From Guillardia theta CCMP2712 (Eukaryota; Protista; Cryptophyta): a stretch of DNA of 64,000 nucleotides. The notes under the pieces were generated by a model. The model had not been told where the DNA came from and made no database searches. It was given only the letters and a program-made list of their open reading frames with translations. The stretch spans positions 684,388 to 748,387 of the forward strand of contig NW_005434657.1 in NCBI RefSeq assembly GCF_000315625.1, read 5' to 3'. The position numbers and the translations under genes were made by a program. Position 1 is the stretch's first letter, and each line of letters begins with the position of its first letter. Below, piece after piece: positions 16,226 through 28,470 of the stretch.

Positions 16226-16263
<38 letters not shown>

Positions 16264-17806
16264 GGAGGAGGAGGAGGAGGAGGAGGAGGGAAGGGGGGTT
16301 GGGTGGGTGGGTGCAGTGAGTAGGAGCTAAGACGTGTTTCAGGTACCCCAGGTCGACTGCGAGCACTGGTAGAGGCGAAGCATCTTGACTTGTCTGCTCT
16401 GCGTCAGCTGGTGAGGGAGGAGCGACGAGCTCGTAGACGAACGTGAATGAGTCGAGCAGGTGCTGGACGAGGTCGACGTCCTGCTGGAGGAGGAAGGGCT
16501 GCGACCTCAAGTTGAATTCTTCTTCAAAGTTTCTCCTCCTCGCAAACAGGTGTTCGACTGTCCCTCGTCCTCGTCCTCGTCCTCCTCATGATCCTTTCAG
16601 ATCCTCGCTGTCAGCGCTACATTCACGGATGAGCTGCTCGCATACCTACATGCGCGTCTGTCTAATCCCCAGGTGGTGGAGGGAGCCAATGAGGCGAGAG
16701 GAAGAGGGGGAAGCAGAGACAAGAGGGGGAGGAGAGAGGAGGGGGATGGAGAGCAGGAGAGAGGGGAAGGGAGGGGGAGGGGCAGGAAGAGGGAGATGGA
16801 GAGAGGAGGGGAAAGCAGAGAGGAGCGAGGAGGAGGAATAAGCGTGAGTATTGCTGGTCAGGTCGTCAACGTGATTCGAGCCAACGTGGCGCTCAAGGGG
16901 GTCAAGCAGTTCGTCGAGTTTGTCGAGTCTCCTCGTGATGTGAGCGACGTGAACGCGAAGATGGAGAGGAGGATGATGGGGCTCGTGCGAGTACTTGAAA
17001 GCACTTCCTTCCATCAGTGTATCGTGTTCACGAATAGCAGGTGAGCTCTCACCCGTTCACATCCTCCTCATTCCTCCTGCTTCTTCTTCTTCTTCTTCGT
17101 TGCCATCGTAGCTCCTGCCTCCTGCTCTCCTCTCCTCACGTGTCTCTGCAGGACTCTTGGTCAGCGCGTCTGCCTGGTACTTGGCTCTCCTCCTCTCCTC
17201 CTCTCCTCCTTGACTTCCTGCAGCTTCTTGAGCGTCTTGGCTTCCCGTCATCCTTCACCTGCGGCGATCTCCCGCAGCCCGAGCGTCTCCGAGGTTATCG
17301 CCCTCCTCCTCGCCCTCCTCCTCGCCCTCCTCCTCGCCCTCCTCTTTGCCCTCCTCCTCGCCCTCCTCTTTGCCCTCCTTCTGCGGCTGCTCGTTCTTCT
17401 TCTCTGCCTCCTTCACTGCCAAATTCTGACGAGCTCCCAGCCCTCGAAAAGCTGCGTAACTTCGAGATCAGAGTATGAAGAGAGAGGGAGGGAGAGAGAG
17501 AGAGGGAGAGGAGACAAGGTGAGACAGCATGAGAGCTGTCGCAGGTGCTTGTTTCCTCCGACGTCTCCTCGCGAGGGATTGATGTCGACCGGATTAACAT
17601 GGTGGTCAACTTGGAGCTGCCCTCCTCCCACGAGACTTACCTGCACCGGTTGCTGGAGGACGAGGAGGAGGGCGGGGCTGAGGGAGCCGCAGGATAGGGA
17701 GGACGGGAAGGTTCGGCACGTATGGGGTAGCGGTGACCATCACAGTTGGAGAGGAAGAGAAACAGCGGCTGGAGGTGATCCCGACGAGCCTCCTCCTCCT
17801 CCTCCT

Positions 17807-17838
<32 letters not shown>

Positions 17839-18107
17839 CCCTGCCCCTGCCCCTGCTGCTGCCGCTGCCTCTCCTTCTGCTACCACCCTGCTGCTCCTGC
17901 TCCCCCTCGTAGCTTGAAACAATCGAACCTGAAGTATCCGTAGACGATGAGCAAGTCGCTGAACATCACCATAGAGCCGAAGCCTGACGTGATTCCAGCG
18001 GTACATCTCACCAGATCTCATGCATCCCCTCCCCTCTCCTGCTCCTGTTGACTGACGAAATCTCAGGAATTTTATGATTTTGAAATCGTCGATGACGAAG
18101 AGGTTCA

Positions 18108-18142
<35 letters not shown>

Positions 18143-18557
18143 TCCTCCTCCTCCTCCTCCTCCTCCTCCTCATACTTGTGCTCATTGTTGTGCTACAGAA
18201 GCAAAAGTTGGACCTCATGAATGCGAAGCGAGCAGAGCAGGTGACGCTGCTGCTCCTATCCCTCCCTCTACTTCCCTCTCCCACGGCGCCTCCTCTCCTT
18301 GGCGATCTTGTTGACTTTCTTGTTGACTTTCTTGTTGACTTTCTTATGACTTTCTTATTGACTTTCTTATTGACTTTCTTATGACTTTCTTGTTGACTTT
18401 CTTATGACTTTCTTATGACTTTCTTGTTGACTTTCTTATGACTTTCTTATTGACTTTCTTGTTGACTTTCTCACAGGCGCACAAGAAGAACATCCTCAAG
18501 GAGCTGCAGGAAATCTCACGCGCTGACAGGAAGAAGTCCAGGGGTCTGTCCCCCTAA
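15368..18557 (+). CDS. DDX20: DEAD-box RNA helicase DDX20/Gemin3-like; 3' end uncertain
   Basis: PSPVQLRAIPLG, GLDLIVQAKSGTGKTCVF, TRELAYQ, GTPGR, LDEVD, SAT, RGIDV, HRIGRTGRFG. Confidence 0.88.
18308..18470. repeat. Intronic 11-12-mer minisatellite (ttgactttctt)
   Basis: More than ten tandem copies seen directly. Confidence 0.9.
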
Positions 18558-19037
18558 TGCTGCTGCTGCTGCTGCTGCTGCTGCTCCTCCTCCTCCTCCT
18601 CCTCCTCCTCCCGCTGCTGCTGCAGCTGCAGCTGCTGCAGCTGCTGCTGCTGCTGCTGCTGCTCATCCTCCTCCCGCTGCTGCTGCTGGTGCTTTTGTGC
18701 TGCTGCTGCTGATTTTCTTGGATCTTTCACAGAGGCAGGGCGAGGAATTTCTGTCGCCTCCCCCTTCGATCAGGTTGCTTGTTCCTGCCTCTTCTCGCCT
18801 GATGGAGTAGCAGGGAAGAGACCTCGGGAGCCTCTTGCCTGGCACGCCAGTGCTCGTGAGGTGAGGAAGGAGGAGAGGAGAGGAGGAGAGGAGAGGAGGA
18901 GAGGAGGAGAGGCTCGAAACATCTGAGGGAGGCGCAGGCAACAGGGGGTGTCGGTCAGAGGTGTGATAGCACAGGAGGGATCGACAGCTGGCGAGTTTTT
19001 CGTTCATCTCGTGAAAGACGGGAAGCAGCAGGTGATT

Positions 19038-21027
19038 TCAGTAGACGTTTGCGACATCTGCCGATAAAAGAGCGAGGGATAGGAGGAAACGAAGTGAGGA
19101 GGAGGAGGAGGAAGAGGAGGGAGGGGCGACTGCAAGTGAACGCACTAGGCAGCTATGAGCATGCAGAGCTTCTCTAGCCATCTCCTCTGCCACTCCCCGT
19201 CCTGCACGCGAGGTCAGCCCGTCAACCTGTCGCGCCTTCTGAACCTCCGTCATGTCGATGTGATCCCGATGGCACACGCGGACGCTCGTCCAGCCTCCTC
19301 CCTGCAGCCTCCGACCTGCCGTCCACATGAGCAGCACCACACTTGATCCTCCCTCCCTCCCTCCCTCCCTCCCTCCCTCTGCTGCTCCCTCCTCCTCCCT
19401 CCTCCTTCCAAGCTCCTCCTGCTTCCTCTTGCCTGCGCCCTCCAGCTTGCAGATGCACGAGTAGGTGGCAACCACAGGTTCTGTTCGCGGAGGAAGCTGA
19501 CCAGCCACGGCAACGAGCCCGTCGTTGGCCTCCTCCTCCTCCTCTGCTGCTGTACAGATGGAGCAAGACGACCTGGCGGAGCAGCAGGCGTTGCAGGCAA
19601 CGGAGCCCGTCCTCAAGGTCCCTGTCTTGTCCTCCTCCTGCTCCTCCTCTCCCCCCCCGACCGACTTCACGTGCACTTTCTCGTGCTTGGCGCGGCGAGT
19701 AGCTTCGCTGGAGCAGGAGGAGATGCGCCTGACGAAGGCGAGGAAGCTGACGAAGAGGCTGAGAGGGAGGAGAAAGAGAGCGAAGGGGAGGTGGCGCAAG
19801 AGCTTCACCTGCTGCCTCTCTCATCCACTCCTTCACCCACAACTTCATCTCACCGTTGGCAGCTGCAGTCTCCCCAACATCCTCCACTGCTGCGTGGAGG
19901 AGGAGAAGCACGCGAGGTACCTGGTCTCACTGCAGGGAAGGACTGCCTTCATCTTATCGTTCAGCTCGCGCATCCTCTGTGGGCTGAGGTCCCTCCCTCC
20001 GTTGTCTTGCCCTCCCGGACGCCACCTGCCTGCAAGGTCAGCTCTGCTTCCCCATCCTCCCACTCTCACAGGAAGAGGAGCCGTAGCAGGGACACTCCCT
20101 GCTCCCTGCGCACATTCCAATGGCGCAGGCGCAGTCCGAGGCACTGGAAGGAGGGGTAAGGAGGAGAACGAACAAGAGAGGGGACGAAAGGGAGGAACCA
20201 GCAAGGGGCGGGGAAGCAAGTGGTGGCGGAGGAAGAAGGAGAAGGAGAAGGAGGGAAATGAGAGGAGGGGCAGGCAGAGGGAATGAGAGTGGAGGAGGAA
20301 CGGAAGTAGGTGGTGATGGAGGAGGAGGTAGAGGTAATGGGGGAGGTAGAGGAGAAGGAGGAGGAGGTAGAGGAGAAGGAGGAGGAGGTACAGGTCTGGG
20401 GGGAACCTCGTTCTCTGGGTCGTGATCGCACCAGACGAGGAAGTAGATGAGGGAGAAGATCCACCAGAGAATGCTTGCAGGAAGAGGGCGAAGAGAGGAG
20501 GGCGACAACCCCACGGCAAACACAGCAGACGTTCCGTTGTTCACCCCGTTGAGCGTGCAGATGCTTCGTATCCACCGCCCTGAGGTGACATGCCGTCCTC
20601 CTCGCCCGTCCGTCAGTTCGGATCGCGCGAGGAGGTACTGCAGGTATCGTGCTGTCGGGGCTCCAAGACTGTAGGCAAGGATGTGGATGGGACGCTCCTC
20701 ACTCCATTCAGGATACAAGCCAGCCATGTCTCGCCCCCCGTACCTTCCATGCCCCTCCTCTAGCGCGTATCCTCCAGCATTGTAGTCGACCCTACCACCT
20801 TTGAGAGCGTAGAAGCATTCTACAGCTCGATCATGCACGCTTGAGACATGACCACACTTGACGGACAGGAAGCGACACCCCCCAAGCTTGCTTCTCAAGT
20901 ACCGCCTCACGTCTCTTGAGATCCCTCCTCCGAACAGGCCGTCTAGAATCACGAACACAGCCTGAGCTTCTCTCGTCCGTTCTTTGATCATCCAGGATTC
21001 ACGTGTATCACCTGTGATGGGTGACAT
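19038..21027 (-). CDS. Alpha/beta-hydrolase lipase related to the Geobacillus/Staphylococcus type
   Basis: SSVHDRAVECFYALKGGRVDY, GLYPEWSEERPIHILAYSLGAPTAR, TLNGVNNGT, NDGLV, DHID. Confidence 0.85.
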
Positions 21028-21228
21028 GTGCAACTCAGCTGCTCATCTTCCTCCTCCTCCTCCTCCTCCTCCTCCTCCTGCCATGTTTCCCCGACGACTG
21101 TAACCGTGTGATGATGGCGTACCAGTAACATAGTAGTTTGTACCAGAGTTTGTACTGAAATCAAAATGAGTGATATTTAAAATAAGCCCTTCTTAAAATA
21201 CGGTAGGTCCAACTAGCGACTGGCCCAG

Positions 21229-21840
21229 TTCATCCTCCTCGTCCTCCTCGTCCTCGTCCTCCTCGTCCTCGTCCTCCTCGTCCTCGTCCTCCTCGTCCTC
21301 GTCCTCCTCGTCCTCGTCCTCCTCGTCCTCGTCCTCCTCGTCCTCGTCCTCCTCGTCCTCGTCCTCCTCGTCCTCCTCGTCCTCGTCCTCCTCGTCCTCG
21401 TCCTCCTCGTCCTCGTCCTCCTCGTCCTCGTCGTCCTCCTCGTCCTCCTCCTCATCATTCATCGTCCTCGTCCTCGTCCTCCTCGTCCTCGTCCTCCTCG
21501 TCCTCGTCCTCGTCCTCCTCGTCCTCCTCCTCGTCCTCGTCCTCCTCGTCCTCGTCCTCCTCGTCCTCGTCCTCCTCGTCCTCGTCCTCCTCGTCCTCGT
21601 CCTCCTCGTCCTCGTCCTCCTCGTCCTCGTCCTCCTCGTCCTCCTCCTCGTCCTCGTCCTCCTCGTCCTCGTCGTCCTCCTCCTCCTCCTCCTCGTCGTC
21701 CTCCTCGTCCTCCTCCTCATCATTCATCGTCCTCGTCCTCGTCCTCCTCCTCATCATTCATCGTCCTCCTCCTCCTCCTCATCGTCCTCCTCATCGTCCT
21801 CCTCATCGTCCGCCTCATCGTCCTCCTCATCGTCCTCGTT
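21229..21840. repeat. (TCC/TCG)n compound satellite with higher-order duplication
   Basis: 15-mer tcctcctcgtcctcg units, with a tcattcatcg landmark repeated three times. Confidence 0.9.
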
Positions 21841-22099
21841 CTCCTGGTTTCTATTCCTTCTCGCCGTTCTCGTCATCCTCCAACTAAACCTTCCTCCTCC
21901 TCTTCCTCTTCCTCGTCCTTGTCATCCTTCTTTGTGTTCTTTGCCCTTTGCCTGATGTTGATCCATCCTGAGGTAGATAAGGTAGGGGTGGTAGAGTAGA
22001 AGGAGGAGGAAGAGGGGTAGGAGGACATCAGCTGCTCCGAAGAAGAAGTCACACTAGCGTGCTTGGTATCGACTACCAACTGACCGCCTGCATTCAGGC

Positions 22100-23188
22100 A
22101 TGATCTTGGAGAGCCATGAGGACACATCGGACTTGAGGAGGGAGGTACAAGAGAACAGATCTTTCATCGTTCGCATCTTGCAGGCTGTGGAGAAAGCGTC
22201 GTCGGACTGCCAATCTCAAACGAGCAATGTGATGAAGCGAGTTGACGGGCTTGAGTCTCGTCTCGAGTCTCTGGAGCATGGGCTCAAGCTGCAGTCCGAA
22301 CACACGCGCAGCCTCCTCATCGCCTTGGAGGCTCAGGGGGAGACAGTGAGGGACCTGCGAGAGCAGTTGTACTCCGTGCAGGTGAGACTGGAAGACTGCG
22401 CCAAAGACCACAAGAGCTTGAGCAGACTCGAAAGCACCTTGGAAAGCCTCTCCTCTAGGATGGAGCGAAGAGTTGACAACGCCTTGACCAAGCTCGAAGA
22501 GCAAGAGATCCGTCTGGAGCGGCACCTGGGCGACTCATCACTGCAAGCGGCCAAGCTAAAGCAGGAGGTGGACAAGGAGCTGGACGCTCAGAGGAGCGCG
22601 CAGGACCACGAGAAGGAGAGGCTGAGCAGCAAGCTCGCCACTGCCCTTGAAGGATTTCGCGTTGCAAATCAGGAGGTGTCAAAGACCCTGGAGCAGCAGG
22701 AATCAAGGCTCTCTGCCGTAGAGAGAAAAGTTGAGAGCGTCGGCTCTCTCGTCAACGAGCATGATGTGAAGCTGTCGGAGCAGCTCAAGGCCCTTTCACA
22801 GAGCGTTTATACCATGATGCAAGAGCAGAAATCCTCGTTTGACCTCCAACTTCGCAGCTACAAGGATGAGATCGATCCTCGGATGTCAAAGCTGGAGGGT
22901 CGGCTGCGATCTCTGTCTCCGGACGTGAGGGTAGAGCATTCGTCCAGGGCTGCTGAGCAGAAAGCTGAGATCCAGGCGAGAATATCGCGACTCGAGAAGG
23001 CCTGGCCTACTCTCCATCCTCGAGCCGCCGCTACGGTGGTGCCCAAGAGCTACGACGGGGCTCCTGGCACGCCCACGTTTGACCGCATGCACACTGCTTC
23101 CTACTTGGATGGGACAGACTTGGAGATTTCCCGCAGTGAGAACACTGAGATCGTGTCGCCTCCTCTCAACCACAGCGTGCTGCATTGA
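22100..23188 (+). CDS. Intronless coiled-coil protein of unknown function
   Basis: 362-aa ORF with E/L/K/Q heptad composition. Confidence 0.75.
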   Translation: MILESHEDTSDLRREVQENRSFIVRILQAVEKASSDCQSQTSNVMKRVDGLESRLESLEHGLKLQSEHTRSLLIALEAQGETVRDLREQLYSVQVRLEDCAKDHKSLSRLESTLESLSSRMERRVDNALTKLEEQEIRLERHLGDSSLQAAKLKQEVDKELDAQRSAQDHEKERLSSKLATALEGFRVANQEVSKTLEQQESRLSAVERKVESVGSLVNEHDVKLSEQLKALSQSVYTMMQEQKSSFDLQLRSYKDEIDPRMSKLEGRLRSLSPDVRVEHSSRAAEQKAEIQARISRLEKAWPTLHPRAAATVVPKSYDGAPGTPTFDRMHTASYLDGTDLEISRSENTEIVSPPLNHSVLH

Positions 23189-23390
23189 GCAGCGGAGGGC
23201 AGGAGCGCCTTGAACGAGCAGAGTGAAGCTTGCTAGTCTCGTAAGTTTATTCCCTTCTCATCAATCTACAAAACATACCGGGAATGTTCACTCATCATGC
23301 CCAACGTGCTCTATCACGAAAACCAGCGCACCGGCTGCCAGAGCCTCGTTCCCTTGGCGTCTATTGTACACTTGTATCATCAAGTCCCCA

Positions 23391-23949
23391 TCACCATCCT
23401 GCAAGAACTGCTGCCAAGCTGATATGAGCGTCTTCTCCGCTCAGTGTGAAGATCAAGACGGTTGAGATAGCGAGGAGGCTGTAGAAGTATAGTTCCACCC
23501 CACTCGCTGCCTCCTGCAGCTCTTGCTGCTTCGACGGCGCCTCCTTGGCCACGCCAGCGGCGCTGGAAAACTGCAGCATCGTGTCAGTGCTGACGCAGAA
23601 GAGTCGTGAAATGTTCACCCGCAATGAAAGCTCCTCCGCCGCCTTGCCATGCTTGCCCTCCAGCCACTCCTTCCCGAATGGTCGGCCATCCGGTGCATTG
23701 ATGCTCCTCACGTCCCCGAAAGCGAAGCTGCTCGTGCTTGTCAGCATGTGCCGAGCACGTGTACAGGAGCAAACAGAATCACCTTGAGCTCCTGGTAGAG
23801 TAGAGCTGAGTTCCTCTTGACAAGGCGAGCCTTGAGGACGCGTCGGTCGAAGTCTCCACCATGAAGTATGTCGGAATGAACGCTGACACCAATGTTTGAT
23901 CTTGGAGCAATGAAAGCAAAGAAGCGAAAAAAACTAGGGTCTTGATCAT
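23391..23949 (-). CDS. Small protein with a putative bipartite plastid-targeting leader and C-terminal hydrophobic segment
   Basis: MIKTLVFFASLLSLLQDQTLVSA-FIPT. An intron starting at 23782 joins in frame to SFAFGDVRS. C-terminal LYFYSLLAISTVLIF. Confidence 0.5.
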
Positions 23950-25126
23950 TCTGATAGGTTTTCCCAAGTCTTTCCTATGATTTCACTGACAACCGCTGGC
24001 CTCCCGATGTTCAACCTGAGCTTTATCCGTGGTCAACTGCAATGAGAGTTACTACATTGCTTCCAGTACAACACAAGAGCATGCCGAGGGCAGTGAAGGA
24101 CTGATATCTCTCCTACCTTGCTAGACTGATCTTATCTCTCCTACCTTGCTCTTCCTGCCGCCTCTCTTCCCTCCCCATCCCCCTTTCCTACTCCTCGTGC
24201 TCCTCCTTCCCCTCTAAGAGCATCTTGGTCTATCTGCCCAGATTCCGTTCTCATTTAAACTTGATCAAATAATTTGAATTTACAGAGTGTATTTCCTTTC
24301 ATTATTTCGAAATGTTTTAGAAACGACTCTAAATTCTGCATATACCAAATCCTAGGACCCTTCCTAGGCTCTTCCGTATGAGATGGGGACCATTAAAAGT
24401 TTTATAGTTTTATTATATCATTTTGTCCGTAGACCCCCCCACTCCCACCCCTCTTCTTACCCCTCATTTTCATGCTCAAAGTACCCCTCCATTGCATATG
24501 TTTACCACACCTCGACTCCCTAACGCTCCCCTACCCCCCCTACGCTAGTCACGTGGGGCTCGAAAGTTTGTCTAAACCCACCCCCATCACCTAGCCCACT
24601 TCCACCCCTACCCCTAATTTCCCTTGAATTCCTCTATGGGCTTGAGTGTAAAATTGACCCCACCTCCACCCCCACCCCTCGATTGCGAGATGCGACCGCC
24701 GGTCGCCCCCAAAGGACATATAATATTTTCATGGAGCGCGGGGGTCAATCTCTATGACTTGGCATAATATGGATAAGGTGGGTACTTTTCTTTCTTCGTG
24801 TGGGTAGGGTTATGTACCCCACCAACCCGTGGATATGATCAACTTTGACGATTTTGTTAAAACTTTGTTTTATTAACTTCCCAAATAGATTCGAAATATG
24901 ATATTACATTCGCAAAAATTTCTTTCTATATTTTCAAATTTTGCCGAAGAGTGTTTCACGTGTTTCAATTTTTGGAATGTCAGCAACGCGACTGTTGGGT
25001 GCGAAACGCGCGAGAAGTCGCAACGGGCGAAACTTGGAAACTTTCAAACTTTCGCATGGTACTTTTAAACTTCTCGATTAGGCGGAGAGAGGCGAAAGTT
25101 CGTTTGACCGTCGACATGTAACAAGT

Positions 25127-28100
25127 TCACTCAGAGCAAGTGGTGGAGCCAGTGGAGTTGGCGAAGAGACCGAGAGAGCAGTTGAAGCAGAGCTGGGGAT
25201 CAGTCAGCGAGAGATCGTGATGCGAGAGCCAAGGGCAGAGGCGAAGCCTGAGGAGGGGAGGGAGAGGAGAACAAACCTCGAAGCCTGTCCCGTTGCTGTA
25301 GGTGTTGACCGCACAAGGCTCGCAGGACGTCTGCCTCCTCCGTCATGCCCAGCAGCTCCTGCAGGCTCGCTCACCTGCCCCTCGGAGCTCGCGAAGTAGC
25401 CGGCCATGCAGTCGAGGCAGAGGGTGGCGGAGTTGGCACCTAGAAGAATGGCATGAGCAGACAAGAAGGCGGAGGATCGTAGCTGATGTTGTGAAGAAGG
25501 AGCAGGAGAGTAGGAGCAGGAAGAGCAGGAGGAGCAGAAAGAGGAGGAGAAGCAGGAGAAAGCAAGAGGAGAAAGCAAACCTTCGATGGCAGATGCCTTG
25601 CCCTGACTACAAGCCAAACAAGTAGAAACATTCGATGCTGCGACAGTCTCGCTGCTCATGGTTGTCTTGAGACGCCATGGAGGGAGAGAGAGAGAGGGGT
25701 GGGAAGCAAGAGGAAGAAGAAGGGAGAGGAGAGGACACGGACAGGGGCAGTGGAGGAGCGAAGGAAAGCGTGAGACCTGTAAGTGCCAGCAGGGCATTGA
25801 CTGCATGCCGTCTGACCCGCGAGCTCGGAGAACTTCCCGGAAGGACAGCTGAAGCAAGTTAGAAGGTGAGACAAGGTGAGGATATAGCAGGGGGCAGGGA
25901 AGGGACGAGGTGCCAGGTCAAGGGATGTAGGAACGAAGGGGAAAGAGGAAGGAATTTGAGGAGGGAGAAACAGCAGGGGATAATGTTCATGAGTCACGAT
26001 GAGGGAGGGAGGGAGGGAGGGAGGGAGGGCCTTACCTAATGCACTTCTGCTGGGAACTATTTGCGTAACTTCCAGCCTCGCATGTGTGACAGCTGCTCGT
26101 CGAATCAACAACAATGCAATTGAGAAACAAGATGAACGAGAGAGCAGGACGAAGAGAGGAGGAGGAGGAGGGAGCATGAGCAGGAGCAGAGTAGAGGGGA
26201 GAGAGAGTGGGGAAGGGGTCTCGCCTTCCATGTGCACTGCCGTCATAGTCCGTCACGGTTCCCTCCGGGCACAAGGAGCAGGTGAAGTTCAGCTCGTCAA
26301 ACCCTGTTGATTTTGGGCATCTGCGATGGGAAGTGAATGATGAGCAGAAGTAGCAGCAGCAGCAGCTCCAACCTCCAGGAACACTCGCTTACAAAGCTCG
26401 CGTTCTCTGGAAGCGTTTCGTTGCACCTGGAGCAAGATCACCTTTCACACCTGCTCTGCTCTGCCCTTCTGCTTCTCCTTCCTTGCCTCCTCCTCTTCCC
26501 CTTTACCTCTTGCACCCTGTCAGCAAGTTGCATTGATCATTGCCGATGACGCCAACCTGCAAGGAGAAGGAGCAGTCACAGAGGGAACCGAAGGAGAAGA
26601 AGCCAGGAGAAGTAGGGTGGAGCAACAGGAATGGAGGAGAGTACAAGAAGAAGGAGGAGACAAGAATGAGGAGATCTGCTCTTCCTTGTCATCTGCCGCG
26701 ACTCCAACTTTCTCTCCGTCCTCGGACAAGCACAGAGCTCGAGCGTTGGAAGTTTGGATATGGAATACTGACTTGGCCTGTGGATGCAACGAGCCACCCC
26801 TGTTGGCAACAAAAGTGATGAAGAGGGAGAGGAAGGTACAGAGAGGAGACTGCGTGGAAGTAGTGGGATATGCATGAGTTGAAGGGTATGAGGAGGAGAA
26901 GGCGGGCGTCACATGAGGAGGAGGAGGAGGAGGAGGAGGAGGAGGAGGAGGAGGAGGAGGAGGAGGAGGAGGAGGAGGTGGTGGTGGTGGTGGTGGTGGA
27001 GGAGCAGGAGGTGCGGGGGGAGGGGAGATGGAGAGAGGAAGTGCCGCGGGGGTATCCAAGAGGCGGAGGGGAGGATACGTCACCTTCGAGGGATGTAGAG
27101 CAACTGGCTGCTGCTGGTGAGGGAGAAGAGACCGTCTCGACCGCTTGCATGCCGGATGGCAACGACGTCCCCGAGACCTGACAGGACCGAGGAGGCGGAG
27201 GAGGAGGCAGAGGAGAGGGGCATGACGAGGATCTCGAAGAAAGGGTCGGAGGAGAGGACCGCTAGCTCCTGCGCATGGCTGATTGAGATGCCGCGGGGAT
27301 GATTGAAGTCGGAGCTGCGCTTATTGACGCCCCAGCGACAGCAGGATATGTTGAAGCAGTCGGAGCAGCAGCAGCCATCTGTGGTGGCGGTGCTGAGAGC
27401 GTCGAGGTACGGGGGGCAGTGGATACTGGCAGGAGAAGGGGAGGGAGCAGTAGAGTTGGGAAGGAGACGACATGCCAGCTCGAGATTGATCTTGAGCAGA
27501 TGGTTCCAGTTCCTGTTGGTCACGTACGCCTCCTGGTTCCACATCGCCACATCCGCCATCATCTGGCGGCTCCACGTCGCGCACTGCTTGATCGTCGTGT
27601 CCTCCTCCAGCAGGCCGGGGTAGTTGGTCTTGTCCGCCTGCGACACCGGCCCGAACTCGATCCCCGACGCCGCCACCTCCTTGCTCAAGGTCGAGTCGTT
27701 GTGAAACGTCAGCTTCATCACTTGTCCGCTGTCAACGCACGTGTAGAGGATGCTCGAGGTCTGCGGGATCCTCTCCATGCCGGAGATGTCGCAGCCTGCT
27801 TCGATCACCTCGGTGAAGTTCCACCGCTTGACATGCGAACGGTTGTCGAAGCGGAAATGCAGGAGGTTCCTGTAGCCGGTGTTGGCGAAGACGATGTCCT
27901 CGGGTGACAAGAAGGCGCAGCCTGACGCTGAGCTGACCAGCCTCCTCTCATCCTGCGTGTCTGCAAAGTTGATGCTTCCCAGGAGGCTCCAGGAGTCCTG
28001 GAATCCGACGCATGGCTCGTAGCCAGGCATGCACTTCATCTCGCTGTCAAAAGGAATGATGGGACTGCAAGCCACCTCTTGACTGCATCCCAGCAGCAAG

Positions 28101-28129
28101 ACAAGAGTGAGAGGTAGAGGAGCTCTCAT
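25127..28129 (-). CDS. Secreted protein: beta-propeller-like N-terminus + TNFR/ephrin-receptor-like Cys-rich repeats
   Basis: Signal MRAPLPLTLVLLLG. Exons CPEGT, CEAGSYANSSQQKC, CPSGKFSELAGQTACSQCPAGTY, CLDCMAGYFASSEG, CFNCSLGLFANSTGSTTC. Confidence 0.8.
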
Positions 28130-28395
28130 GATCGCGCGGAGGAGGGAAAGTTAGGTTGTCAAGATGGAAGGGAGGAACGATGACCGAGAAGAAGCAGCTA
28201 TGCCACGGTTGAGTCAGCGACGAAGCTCTCCGAGTGTTCCTTCACGAGGCTGGTCCGGCATTGTTATCTCTACTCTTCTCCTGTCTCCTCTCTTCTCCTC
28301 CTCGTCCTCCTCTGGCATCTTCGCCCTACTCTCCTCCTAGTCCCTCGCCATGACGCGCCGACCGCCTCGGAGCAAAGGTCAAGTGCCGGGTCAAC

Positions 28396-28470
28396 AACTT
28401 TAGAACTTTCAAACTTTATTTCAAAACTTTAAGTAGCCAGAACTTCGAGGCTGAGACTGTCAAACTTTGA
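28396..28470. promoter_or_regulatory. Cluster of AACTT motifs upstream of a gene start
   Basis: caacttt, gaacttt, aaacttt, aaaacttt, gaactt and aaacttt within 75 bp. Similar clusters at 25029-25100 and 52244-52420. Confidence 0.45.

Noticed and set aside
16460-16482. DEVD instead of DEAD as a sign of a dead helicase
   Set aside because: DExD variation is common and the other helicase motifs are intact.
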